DNA of 63,143 nucleotides, counting the filler, from Folioceros fuciformis (taxonomy: Eukaryota): assembly GCA_049999805.1 (NCBI GenBank). It is 11 parts of 11 records of this genome, joined end to end, with 100 filler letters (N's around TTAATTAATTAA, not from the genome) between each part and the next. Parts side by side here need not be neighbours in the genome. Positions count along the whole stretch, not along the records: positions 11,275 to 15,531 come from JBNGIO010006489.1; positions 15,632 to 21,166 come from JBNGIO010006490.1; positions 21,267 to 26,172 come from JBNGIO010006491.1; 8 more parts are not named here. The stretch is one strand, 5' to 3'. Position 1 is the stretch's first letter. Each line of letters opens with the position of its first letter. Under the pieces are notes generated by a model that was not told the DNA's origin, made no database searches, and worked only from the letters and a program-made list of their open reading frames with translations. Shown piece by piece: positions 11,275 through 21,530 of this stretch. The translations under genes and the position numbers were made by a program.

Positions 11275-11945
11275 ATCATGGCGCTCCACGTCACAACGTT
11301 CTTCTCCACGAGTCCATCAAAGACATGCCGAGCATCTTCTACGTTGCCACACCTTGCATACATGCTTATCAAACTATTGGCTACTGACACATCAGCCAAA
11401 TGTCCCTCTCCTCTGATTTGAGCATGAAGGTCTCTCCCCTTCTCTAAGGCCGGTGTGCCCACACTTGCACATGCCTGCAGGAGACATACAAATGTCACTG
11501 AATTTGGTACAGCGATGCCTTCTTCCTGCGTGACACTGTAGAGCTGAAGGGCATCCTGGCCCTTGCCCTGTTGGGAATACCCTGCAATTAGAGCAGTCCA
11601 CGTCACCACGTCTTTCTGGCCCATTTCACAAAACAATCTTTGGGCATCCTCAAGGCTGCCACACTTCGCATACATGTTCACTAAGCTATTGGCTACAGAC
11701 ACATTAGCCAGATGTCCTTGTGCTCTGATTAGCTCATGGAGCTGCTTCCCCGTCACCAGAGCAGGGGAGCCCACACTTACACATGCCTGCAGGAGGCACA
11801 GATAAGTCACAGAGCTGGGTACAGCCACCCCTCCTTCCAGCATAGCACTGTAGACAAGAAGTGCTTCCTGCCCCATGCCCTGTTGGGAGTACCCGGATAT
11901 CATGGTAGTCCACGTCACAACGTCCTTCTCAACGAGTCCGTCACA
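11275..11945 (-). CDS. PLS-class pentatricopeptide repeat protein (partial)
   Basis: Repeating KDVVTWTxxIxGYSQQG / VPNSVTFVCLLQAC / DVSVANSLISMYARCG motifs. Confidence 0.93.
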
Positions 11946-12189
11946 CCCACTTGGTATCCTCCAGGCCCGACAGGGCCAAGCTCGCCTGCCACGCCGCGAT
12001 ACAGGGAGCAGGAACGAGCAACAGAGGGATGCGCCAGGTATCGCCGAAGGCCCTTCCCCGAAACTCCTCCCCTTCCGTACCAGCACAAGGACGCGGGGGA
12101 CAACCAGTCCCTGCCATCCACCGAAAGACGCCGCATCTTCAGCTGCCGCGCATGTGGCACTTGCAGGCTCTGCTTCCACCACGGGTCGT

Positions 12190-12420
12190 CAAACAACACT
12201 CCTCAAGCACATTCCGTGCGGCTCCCTGATCTTCGTCAAGGCACCAGAGTTTGCAAAGACATTGAGAATGCACGCAGAAGTGCCATAGTCCGCCAAAATC
12301 AGGCCCTCCTGCTCCATTCTGTCCAGACAGAACAAACGTCCATACAGAACAGCCGAGGCCCTCCGTTGCATTCCCAGGAACCAGCGCATTCCATGCCACA
12401 CATTTCCCTGTCACCAGCCA
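12190..12420 (-). pseudogene. Frameshifted, degenerate PPR motifs upstream of the PPR ORF
   Basis: VAWNALVPGNATEGLG then, in another frame, DRMEQEGLILADYGTSACILNVFANSGALTKIREPHG. Confidence 0.65.
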
Positions 12421-12930
12421 TTCCATCGTTGGAAAGGTCACTGCATCCATGGACGTTACATCTACAACACTCGCTCGCGTTCCTTCAGCTTTCCGCCGTC
12501 CCTGGACTCTTTCCTCCGATTGAGGGTAGAGTCCCTGGCTGAATGAACGGTTGAGGGCAGCTGATCTGCACTGCACCTGGTTTGACCAGGATTCAAAACA
12601 AGCAGCTCTCCTCGGTTTGCAGTGCACTAAGTGCGAGAGTCAGTCCGTGCCTGGGTGCTCTCGAATTCAACAGCTTATCCTCAGCCACCAGAGCATCATA
12701 CCTTGCCAGTAGTACTGTCCGCAATGAAATTGTTCCACACTGCCTGACGTGCCCTTGTTCCACCTGAAAGCAAGCCGAAAGATCAAACCATGAACAAGCA
12801 ACACAAGGGCTGCAACAGTTCTTCAAACCAGGCAGATGCGCACGCTTTCCACTGCCTTACTTGTGTGGCACTGGCAAGCTCGCCAGGCTTGAAATGCACC
12901 TGACGCATTTCCGTCACCGGGCCGCTGGGA

Positions 12931-13515
12931 CTAAATCTGGTCTGCATCACGGCTTCGCACAATCAACCCCATCCTACTATTCCCTTCTGATGTAGTCATG
13001 GCATTAAATTTCCAGTCCCGAGGACTACCATGCACCATGATCGATCCGACACTCTTCCAGGCTTTGCTGCTAGTGGCAAGGTTGGCGGTGCCTGGACCCT
13101 GCGCTTTCACGCTTTTGGCAAGACTGCCAGTGTCTCGACAAACATTTATGACAACCACCTTAAGCTTGTTTGCCAAATTCCCGCATTCAGCGATGGGATT
13201 CCAAATAACTTCTTCAACATAAAGCTTCTCCGCCTTGTCTGCTTCACCTAAGCAAACATACTCTCTACCATCGTCTTCAGTCTCACCATGAGCATTAACG
13301 TAAAACAGAAAGAAATCGTCCTTATCGAAGTCAGGATGCCTGACAACGTGCTCCAACGTTGATTTCGCTTCCTTAAGATCGTCCACCACACAGGGGATCT
13401 CAAACTTCAAGGGCACACCACGGAGAAGAACGTCGAGTCGCCCTCTGTCTACCTGTCCTCCATCTCTGCCTTTTCCTATACTGACTGCAAGACCTCGCTG
13501 GTGACCTGCTTTCAC
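12931..13515 (-). CDS. Caspase-like cysteine protease (peptidase C14) domain
   Basis: RGLAVSIG, RDGGQVD..RL..LL...LKFEI, FFLFYVNAHG (His76) and NLANKLKVVVINVCR (Cys126), in caspase order and spacing. Confidence 0.8.
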   Translation of the reverse strand: MKAGHQRGLAVSIGKGRDGGQVDRGRLDVLLRGVPLKFEIPCVVDDLKEAKSTLEHVVRHPDFDKDDFFLFYVNAHGETEDDGREYVCLGEADKAEKLYVEEVIWNPIAECGNLANKLKVVVINVCRDTGSLAKSVKAQGPGTANLATSSKAWKSVGSIMVHGSPRDWKFNAMTTSEGNSRMGLIVRSRDADQI

Positions 13516-14340
13516 CCTTTCGTTTGGATATGATGGTTCCTTCCCTGACTTCAGTAGAGGCGGTCCCTGTGCCTGACTTTGGATACGCTGGTTCCTTCCC
13601 TCAGGTTCTCCACACTCAGTCCTGATGATCCCTTCTACTAGTTCAACTCCAGGACTACCTTCAAGAGAAGCACAAAATGCTGTCAGTTCCGCAACAAAAC
13701 TCTGTTGGAGAAATTCGATCGTTTTGTCTTTGCTCGAGTGACCTCATCAAAATGTCAACACGATCACCAATGTCCCCGTCTCCCCCCCAATATCCCCACT
13801 GCTCTCCAAAAATACGTCCAAAACATAGTAGTTAAATTTGATCAAGTTGCGTGCAATGCTATACAGATGACACTGCATACCCTGGAGTCCATTAAACAAG
13901 ATCTGTCGTAACTTGACCTGCAATGCACAACCACTGGCCATGTCATGAAAGCCAAAGAGAGCATACATCACTAGCGAAATGTCACAGACCTCAGAAGGTA
14001 AACGTACTTGGAATCTTGGAAAGAAGCCTGGACGACAATCGTCTTCGTTTATCTCGGCATTGTACCCACCTCTTTAAGTAGTTGTACTTGTGCACTGTAC
14101 CACCCTTCCAGTCTCTCGGCATTGTAGCCGCCTCCCTAAGTACGTGTACTTGTGCGCTGTATCACCCTTCCAGACCAACTGTCGTTTCCCTTGAAGGTCT
14201 TTACCTTCTTTTCCGTGTCATCCAAGGTGACGGGAACGAAGAATCCAGGGCTAGGATTCGCATCATCTTCATAGCACAAGTTTAGTCTCTTCATCGATAA
14301 TACGAGATCGTTCGCTTCCGTGCTTTTGAGGATCTGGTGA
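13516..14340 (-). pseudogene. TORNADO1-like Roco COR domain, multi-exon, with frame disruptions
   Basis: LVLSMKRLNLCYEDDANPSPGFFVPVTLDD, YLGRRLQCRE, PGFFPRFQ|VKLRQ (GT-AG intron 13918-14007), YSIARNLIKFNYYVLDVFLE, DRVDILMR, FCASLEGSPGVELVEGIIRTEC. Stops at 13744-13749 and a 62-bp duplication at 14052-14173. Confidence 0.75.
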
Positions 14341-15646
14341 CCTGGTCCAAGGTTGCGAGCTTGAGAAGCTTTTGAGGCAAAAGTTTTCTAAGCTGCTGCT
14401 TCCACCTTTCCTTCCCTCCCCCAAATGTCACCTGAGGACAGAACATGACTGTTGCAACACTGCACCTTGCAGGAGAGATGCCTTCCTTCACATGGAAGGT
14501 GGGTCTATGGACCGTAGGATCCCACCACCTGAGTTCTGCTCAGCTCAGCTAGGCTCCCAGCCCATTCATCGTCATCCCTTCCTTTGGACCTTTTTCCTCT
14601 GAATGAGACTGCCCGTTTGGGTTGCTTCAAATCCCACATACCTCGAAAATACACATCATGCCTGCCAAAGGAAGAAAAGTCAGATTGCGCATTCGAATGA
14701 GAAACAGTCTGTATGTCGTTCTGAATTGTGTGTGCATCAAAAGGTCTGCCTCCCGTTGTACTCAGGTTAGCTCAGCTATCGTAAACATAAAGGCGAGCAC
14801 GCTGAAGGATGTAGACGATTCGTCGGCAGAGCGCAGGGAAGGAGTACACAAACTAACAGCCACTACCCGTACAAACTATGTAATTCTCCCATTCACATAA
14901 ACTAACTATGCAATTATCCTATTCAGTGTGTGCCAAACAAGGAGAGAAACAACAGTCTCAAACCCTCAATTTGTGGACCCTGTCCGCCGAATGCTCCACG
15001 TAGAACGGGTCCTGTTCTGAATCAGCTCTCGTCCTCTCCACTTTCAGCCTGTTTGGAACCTTTCGTCCTGAGATTGTCTCTGGAAATGGTCGGGCGTAGA
15101 AGAAATTCCTTCTGCACCTCCGCATTTGAGCATGATATGATGCCATTGGCATTGCCCCGGTCATGAACTTATGTTAGCCGTCAGTGGAGGGGTCAGGTAC
15201 CCCATTGGAGCGGTAGCAGTGCAAGACAGGCCAGGACGAATGGGCCGTTCTGTTGGATGGCTGGCATCCATGTTCCACATCACCGCCCTACAAGAGCTCG
15301 AGTCACAACACAAAACAGCACTGTGCCTTCGGCCCGGTACATCAGTCAGAAGGAAAGGCAAGTTGGCTTGCTGACTGGCCCGGCTAATGAAACCTCTGCC
15401 TACCAATACCGAGATACGCCCCGTTCACAATGCAAAACGACGTTCTTGCCAAACAGGCACAGAGAGGGAGGCGACGTGAGAAGATCGGATCAGAAGCAGT
15501 TCGACACACCAACAAACAGGCAGTACAGTATNNNNNNNNNNNNNNNNNNNNNNNNNNNNNNNNNNNNNNNNNNNNTTAATTAATTAANNNNNNNNNNNNN
15601 NNNNNNNNNNNNNNNNNNNNNNNNNNNNNNNGCCACAACACCTGGT

Positions 15647-18600
15647 TTGCTTGTGGCCTGTTTGTCCTCTGTGTCCAAGAGTACAAATTGGTGGTTCTTA
15701 GACAGTGGAGCGTCTAACCACATGTGTTCCTCTAGAAAGTCCTTTGTGAATTATAAAGTAGCACCCTGTGAGCATGCTGTAGTGCTGGGAGATAATTCTC
15801 ACATACCTATTAAAGGTATAGGTTCAGTGACAGTCACCCTGCAAAATGGGAAGACATGGGAGTTAGAAAATGTACTCCATGTTCCAGCACTCAAGAAAAA
15901 CCTTGTAAGTACCATGGCCTTAGGAAAAACAGGTCGGTACAGAATTCTGTTTGAAGGTTTAGAGTGTGTTATCACAAGTGTGAGTTCACCCTCAGATGTT
16001 ATAGCCAGAGGCACTCCTTTGTATGATCTGTATGTTCTTGATTTTACCTCAGATGTTCAACCAAAAACAGTATATGTAGCTGAGTCTGCAGAGGATAAAA
16101 CAAAAATAGCATTTAGATGGCATTGTAGATTAGGCCATCCAAACATTAAGGCTATGAGGCGGTTGTTGAAGGACCACATGGTTACAGGTTTCTCGGAATC
16201 CAACCTACCAGATTTGGAGCTGTGCGTTGCATGTGTTCATGGGAAGCAGTTTAAATCACACTTTGGATCTGGAAAACCACGAAACAAGACAGAAGTGTTA
16301 GACTTGGTGCATTCAGATATTTGTGGTCCTATGTCAACACCAAGTTGGGGAGGAGCCAAGTATTTCGTTGTGTTTGAAGATGACACAACGCATTTCACTG
16401 TCACAGAGTTACTGAAGCACAAAGGAGATGTGTTTGACAGTTTTAAACGATATTTGGCTTACGCTGAGAGACAAACTGGACGCAAGCTGAAATGTATTCG
16501 TTCAGACAATGGGAAGGAGTACCTGTCATCAGCATTTCAAGAATACTGTCAGGAGCGTGGCATAACTCGACAGCTCACCATTCCTTATCATTCTGACATG
16601 AATGGCAGAGCAGAACGTCGACATCGTACTATACAAGATACAGCTAGAGCACTTCTGTTTCAGGGGAGGCTATCAACACGTTTCTGGGCTGAGGCAGTTC
16701 AAGTGGCTACTTATCTGCAGAATAGGATTGCAGTCTCTTCACTTCCCAATGTTACTCCCTTTGAAGCTTGGACAGGTGTGAAGCCTGATATTTCACATCT
16801 TCGTGTTTTTGGCAGTACAGCATATGCACATATACCAGATCAGCTTAGAACCAAATTTTCCTTTAAGTCTAAGCGGCATGTTTTCATTGGGTACACACCT
16901 GGTATTCATGGCTACAAATTGTTTGAGCCATTCTCCCGTAAAGTCATTCATGCACGAACAGTTGCTTTTGATGAGAGTTCAGTCCTTAAGCCTCCTTCTA
17001 CTGGTGGTGATTCTCCTGTTTCACATCCTGACATTGATGTTCAGTCCTCTTTAGATGGATTAGTGGACCTGGATGAAAAAGACCTTATAGATGTTGTGGA
17101 GTTTCCTACCTTTGATGCATCTGATGTTTCTGGTGATTTAGATCCAGGCCTTCATCCAGGTCCACCACCTGTTGTACCACCAGATCTTGCTGTTCCTGTT
17201 CCAACTGATCCTCCTCATGTTGCTGCTGAGGCTGACTCAGCATCTGACGATGACTCAGTGGCCCTTCCTCCTGATCCTCCTCCTGCAGCTGGTGAGCTAG
17301 ATGTAGATGATCCTGTAGAATATGTCCTCCCACCACAGCCAAGGAGATCAGCTAGGGTTCATAGAGGGCGAGATCAGTGGACTGAAAAACCATATGAGGC
17401 TGAAGACTGGCGTACCAGGAGAGTGCCTCGGGCAGTGGGAGTAGATCCTACTGCTGTTGTAGATGAGCTCGCCCATGTGTCTATTCAGCCTGGATATGAG
17501 CCTCAATCTTACCAAGAAGCTATCACGGGACCTGAATCTCGACATTGGATTGCCGCTATTACTTCTGAATATAACTCCCTTATACACAATCAGACTTGGG
17601 AGCTATGTCCCCCGCCTAAGGGGAGGAAAATCGTCAGCAGTAAATGGGTTTTCAAACTCAAATATAAAGCTGACGGTACTATAGCGAGGTACAAAGCTCG
17701 CCTGGTTGCCCGTGGTTTCTCTCAAGTGCCGGGGCTGGACTACAACGAAACTTTCTCCCCTGTGGTTAAGTCACAATCTCTGCGCGCCTTGTTTGCAATG
17801 TCAGCTTTCTTTGGCTTGTTCATTCATCATATGGACGTGAAGACAGCCTTTTTGCATGGAAAGCTTGAAGAAGAGATCTTCATGCAACAACCTGAAGGGT
17901 ATGAAGAACAAGGGCGTGAGGATTGGGTCTGCAAGTTACTGAAAACAATCTATGGCCTCAAACAGTCACCAAGAGCTTGGTACCAGGTTATAGATGAGTT
18001 TCTTCGTGATCTTGGCTTTAAGAAGAATTCTGCAGACTCGAATGTGTATCTCCTGCAACAAGAATCAGGTTATGTAGTGTTAGCTCTCTATGTTGACGAC
18101 TGCATTTTGCTTGGAACCGACCTAGACGGCATAAACAGGGTCAAAGGCCTCTTATCTGGAAGGTTTGATATGGTAGATGTTGGTGAGCTTTCGTATTGCC
18201 TTGGTACCCAACTCCTGCGAGATCAATCTAGTGGAACTCTTGTTATACATCAGGAGAAGTACATCTTTGATATGCTGTATAAGTATAAGCTCACAGAGGC
18301 TAAGCCTGCAGCAACACCTATGGAGGCAGGTCTTAAGCTCACTCTTGAACATTCTCCTGTGACTGAGTCCGAGAAACAGGAGATGGAGGGTGTGCCTTAT
18401 GCGCAGGCTGTTGGCTCACTTATCTTCTGTTCAAATAACACGAGGCCAGATATTGCTATGCCTGTCAGTATGACATCTCAGTTCTTAAAGCAGCCAGGAA
18501 GAATACACTGGTCAGCTGTTAAAAGAGTTTTGAGGTACCTGAAGGGTACAAGTAATCATGGTATACATTTCACAAAACAGCAGTATGAAGGTGAATCGCT

Positions 18601-19087
18601 TACATTGCTCGGGTATTGTGATGCCGACTGGGCTGCAAATTCTGACTCACGGAAGTCTGTCTCCGCTTATGTTTTCTTGCTGGCTGGAGGTGCTGTTACC
18701 TGGTCATCAAAGAAGCAAACGACAGTTTCGTTATCTTCAACCGAGTCAGAGTATTATGCTCTTACACAGGCAGCAAAGGAAGCCATATGGCTTCGAAGGT
18801 TGCTGAAGGATTTAGGGCAGGAGCAATTGCAGCCAACAACAATCTATTGTGACAGCACAGGTGCCTTGTCCCTGGTGGAAAATCCAGTTTTCCATGCAAG
18901 GACAAAACATATTGAAGTCCATCATCACTTTATCCGCGAGGCAGTGTCTTCTGGCCAGGTTCGTCTTGAGTATATTCCTACAGACTCAAATGCAGCAGAT
19001 GTCTTAACAAAGGCCTTGCCAAAGAGTAAACATTTGCAGTTTAAAGAAGCTTTAGGAGTCCTAGACTCCTCTTACCTTTCAAGTTGA
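15647..19087 (+). CDS. Copia Pol (PR-IN-RT-RNase H), 5'-partial
   Basis: WFLDSGAS, WHCRLGH, VHSDICGP, RSDNGKEY, YKARLVARG, LYVDDC, YCDADWA, NAADVLTK. Confidence 0.96.
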   Translation: MLVACLSSVSKSTNWWFLDSGASNHMCSSRKSFVNYKVAPCEHAVVLGDNSHIPIKGIGSVTVTLQNGKTWELENVLHVPALKKNLVSTMALGKTGRYRILFEGLECVITSVSSPSDVIARGTPLYDLYVLDFTSDVQPKTVYVAESAEDKTKIAFRWHCRLGHPNIKAMRRLLKDHMVTGFSESNLPDLELCVACVHGKQFKSHFGSGKPRNKTEVLDLVHSDICGPMSTPSWGGAKYFVVFEDDTTHFTVTELLKHKGDVFDSFKRYLAYAERQTGRKLKCIRSDNGKEYLSSAFQEYCQERGITRQLTIPYHSDMNGRAERRHRTIQDTARALLFQGRLSTRFWAEAVQVATYLQNRIAVSSLPNVTPFEAWTGVKPDISHLRVFGSTAYAHIPDQLRTKFSFKSKRHVFIGYTPGIHGYKLFEPFSRKVIHARTVAFDESSVLKPPSTGGDSPVSHPDIDVQSSLDGLVDLDEKDLIDVVEFPTFDASDVSGDLDPGLHPGPPPVVPPDLAVPVPTDPPHVAAEADSASDDDSVALPPDPPPAAGELDVDDPVEYVLPPQPRRSARVHRGRDQWTEKPYEAEDWRTRRVPRAVGVDPTAVVDELAHVSIQPGYEPQSYQEAITGPESRHWIAAITSEYNSLIHNQTWELCPPPKGRKIVSSKWVFKLKYKADGTIARYKARLVARGFSQVPGLDYNETFSPVVKSQSLRALFAMSAFFGLFIHHMDVKTAFLHGKLEEEIFMQQPEGYEEQGREDWVCKLLKTIYGLKQSPRAWYQVIDEFLRDLGFKKNSADSNVYLLQQESGYVVLALYVDDCILLGTDLDGINRVKGLLSGRFDMVDVGELSYCLGTQLLRDQSSGTLVIHQEKYIFDMLYKYKLTEAKPAATPMEAGLKLTLEHSPVTESEKQEMEGVPYAQAVGSLIFCSNNTRPDIAMPVSMTSQFLKQPGRIHWSAVKRVLRYLKGTSNHGIHFTKQQYEGESLTLLGYCDADWAANSDSRKSVSAYVFLLAGGAVTWSSKKQTTVSLSSTESEYYALTQAAKEAIWLRRLLKDLGQEQLQPTTIYCDSTGALSLVENPVFHARTKHIEVHHHFIREAVSSGQVRLEYIPTDSNAADVLTKALPKSKHLQFKEALGVLDSSYLSS

Positions 19088-19141
19088 GTGGGAGGTAAGT
19101 TCTGGCTGTCAGTGTCATGGAGGTGATTTCTTTTATAAGAC

Positions 19142-20281
19142 CTAGAAGGTCGCAGACACAGAGTTATCATCAGAGTCTGAGCTACTGCTATCTGGTTCAC
19201 AAAAAAAAAAAAAAAAAAAAAACAGGCTTCGTCTATCTCCAGCTCTGTTTCTTCTCAGCAGTTCCAGGTAGTTGGGATCAAACTCGTGCTCTATTGGTTC
19301 CTCGTCAGTATCCTCATCCTCGGTTGCGTAGTCCACACCCGCTCCTTCATGCATTCTCTGTCGGGACTCTGTGGATAGCAGATGACACTGAAGTCAGGTT
19401 GTAAGTACACAGAGCTACCTCAAGGCACAGAAATAGTGTGCAGATAAATATCAGAGATGAGCTTGTGACTTACTGTAGAATGAAATAAAATTCCCGTTTT
19501 CTCCACCCCATCTGAACCAGTCCTCTCTCACCATAGCAATTCCTGTAATTGTGTAGACATAAGCTTCAGGAGTCAGAGGGTCGTCTATTCCATTGCCGTC
19601 AGTTACCAGCCTCACAGTCCTGGTCCTGTGTCCTCTAGGTAGGGTGTATGGCCTTGGATTGTGTGGTGCAGGCAACACGACGTACTCCTCCTCCTCCTGT
19701 GGTGGAACACGAACTGCGTTCAGAGGACCCTCAGGTGTGAAGCGGCTGTATCTAACAGTGGGAGCTGCAATAGGAGGTGTGGACGTAAGCCGTGGAAGTT
19801 CAGGTCTTGAGGTCCGTACACCAGCAGCTTGGAGCTGACTCCTGAGGACATAGATTTCCTGGGTCAGCAGAGCCTCGCGTTCTTCCATCTGGTGGACACG
19901 CCTCATCCAGTGAGTGCTCACACGCCATCCTTCTCGTTCCACATGTCGGAGCCACCTGGGAGCCCTTCTGTGCCGTGGACACAAAGGAGCTGTTTCAGGG
20001 CAGACACACATTGGAGTGTCAGCAGCAGTGTCAGGTGGCGCAGGATGTGGAGCGAGGTATACAGCAACTCGGGCCGGAAGCTCTTCTCCATTAGCCGCTG
20101 AAGCTTCGTGGGCAGCCGGTTGCTCTTGAGCTAGTGGGGCTGCATGCTGCACCTGGTGCTCCTCAGTCTCCACCTTAGTGACAGCCTCAAGCATCCGGTG
20201 GCCGACGTCTTCGTCCTCAGAGGAGCTGTCCAGTGCAATTGGCTGACGAGCTGAGCCCATGGAAACGCCGTTGTTCACCAT
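19142..20281 (-). CDS. Putative spliced antisense gene inside the copia element (exons 20281-19474 and 19368-19142, about 344 aa), unknown function
   Basis: Two same-frame ORFs bridged by a 105-nt GTAAGT...CTGAC...CCACAG intron (19473-19369) that removes the intervening stop. Confidence 0.65.
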
Positions 20282-20700
20282 CTCCGTGGCAGGTAGTGAC
20301 AACGAGCACAGTTGAGCTCACGCTGAGCATGGAAGCGAAAGCTGGGCTCTTATGCTGTGGTTGAGAGTAAAGCCGCACGAAATTCCGACTGTACGCGAAC
20401 AGAGTGAGACTCTCGTTTCTTTTGTTGTTGCGCTCGAGTGCTCAAGTAATTTATGTTCAAGCAAGGCCAACGGGTTCGTGTGATATACGGCTAAGACATA
20501 CACAATGAGTGGGAGTGTTGAGAAAATAAATGCTTGTTATATATACATTGTTAGTATGTACTTAGGGTTAGCTCATTAGGTTTATGTGACGGTTATAACT
20601 GCTCATACTCCTAGACATATTTGTGGGTGTGCTACCACACAAATTTAATATATTGTATTTTGTGCGATATGCCTGCATGATCGTGTTTACAAAATTTACA

Positions 20701-20982
20701 TATTGCAGCACCATTGGGTCCATCCAATGCCTCACGATATGTAGCCGGTTCACCATCAACCGTGAGTAGAGCATGTGCAAGGAGGGCCTTGGGATCACAT
20801 GAAGTAGAACTAGTAAAAGCAAAAAAATCAGCATTAATGGAATTATCAACCATATTGTCTTCAGTAGGAATTGCATAATCGGGCAAATTTCCAGTGCTGG
20901 TATCTGCCAAAATATCTGTAAGTGCCCGTGTACGTATATGGGATCTAGATATGGGGGGCTCAGGAGACCAACGAACGGGAGC
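20701..20982 (-). pseudogene. Older copia pol remnant (IN-RT linker) interrupted by the LTR at 20700
   Basis: ALLTVDGEPATYREALDGPNGAA stops abruptly at the LTR boundary. Confidence 0.7.
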
Positions 20983-20992
20983 NNNNNNNNNN

Positions 20993-21166
20993 TGAGCAGT
21001 TACCATCACGCTTGCACGCGCAAGCGATCACGGCTCAGATGATGGGCGTGAGCACTAGCACTACTCTCGCTCATTTTCTTGTTCTTGGCTCTTTGTCCAC
21101 CACCAAAGAATTTGGCAGCTTCCGGATGATCATTTCTGCATGAAGGCTGCTGAGATGGAGAGTCTG
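20993..21166 (+). repeat. Paralogous copy of 57157-57335 (probable 5' end of a PPR-family gene)
   Basis: Near-identical DNA ATCACGCTTGC..GCAAGCGATCACGGCTCAGATGATGGGCGTGAGCACTAGC.... Confidence 0.8.
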
Positions 21167-21266
21167 NNNNNNNNNNNNNNNNNNNNNNNNNNNNNNNNNN
21201 NNNNNNNNNNTTAATTAATTAANNNNNNNNNNNNNNNNNNNNNNNNNNNNNNNNNNNNNNNNNNNN

Positions 21267-21530
21267 AATAAGACTTGGACCCTAATTAGTCTACCTAAGG
21301 ATAGAAAATTAGTAGGCTCTAAGTGGACTTTTAAAATTAAGTTAAATGATGATGGTAGCATAGAAAGATATAAAGCTAGACTAGTGGCAAAGGGATATTC
21401 TCAAAAGTACGGATTTGATTATGATGAAACTTTTAGTCATATACTTAAGATAACCTCACTTAGGATTCTTGTAGCTTTAGCATCTCACCATGACTATGAA
21501 TTAATGCAACTTGACATCAAGACAGCATTT
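21267..21530 (+). pseudogene. Copia RT remnant, target of a nested insertion
   Basis: TWTLISLPKDRKLVGSKWTFKIK...RYKARLVAKGYSQ...QLDIKTAF, cut at 21530. Confidence 0.85.

Larger units (their letters stand above)
15632..20700 (+). mobile_element. Ty1/copia element (5' part in gap) with a 1.4-kb extra 3' region and 3' LTR 20516-20700
   Basis: Intact pol; PPT GAGTGGGAG 20507-20515; TGTTG...TTACA LTR abutting an interrupted older copia. Confidence 0.9.

Noticed and set aside
11946-12182. N-terminal 80 aa of the 319-aa PPR ORF as genuine protein
   Set aside because: Non-PPR GC-rich sequence between PPR motifs with a GTG start; more likely an intron or insertion.
5823-15531. One immune cluster uniting the RLP/NLR remnants and the COR-caspase gene
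   Set aside because: They lie on different contigs separated by an artificial linker at 11175-11274.
19451-20302. env-like gene
   Set aside because: Antisense orientation, with no signal peptide or TM helix.
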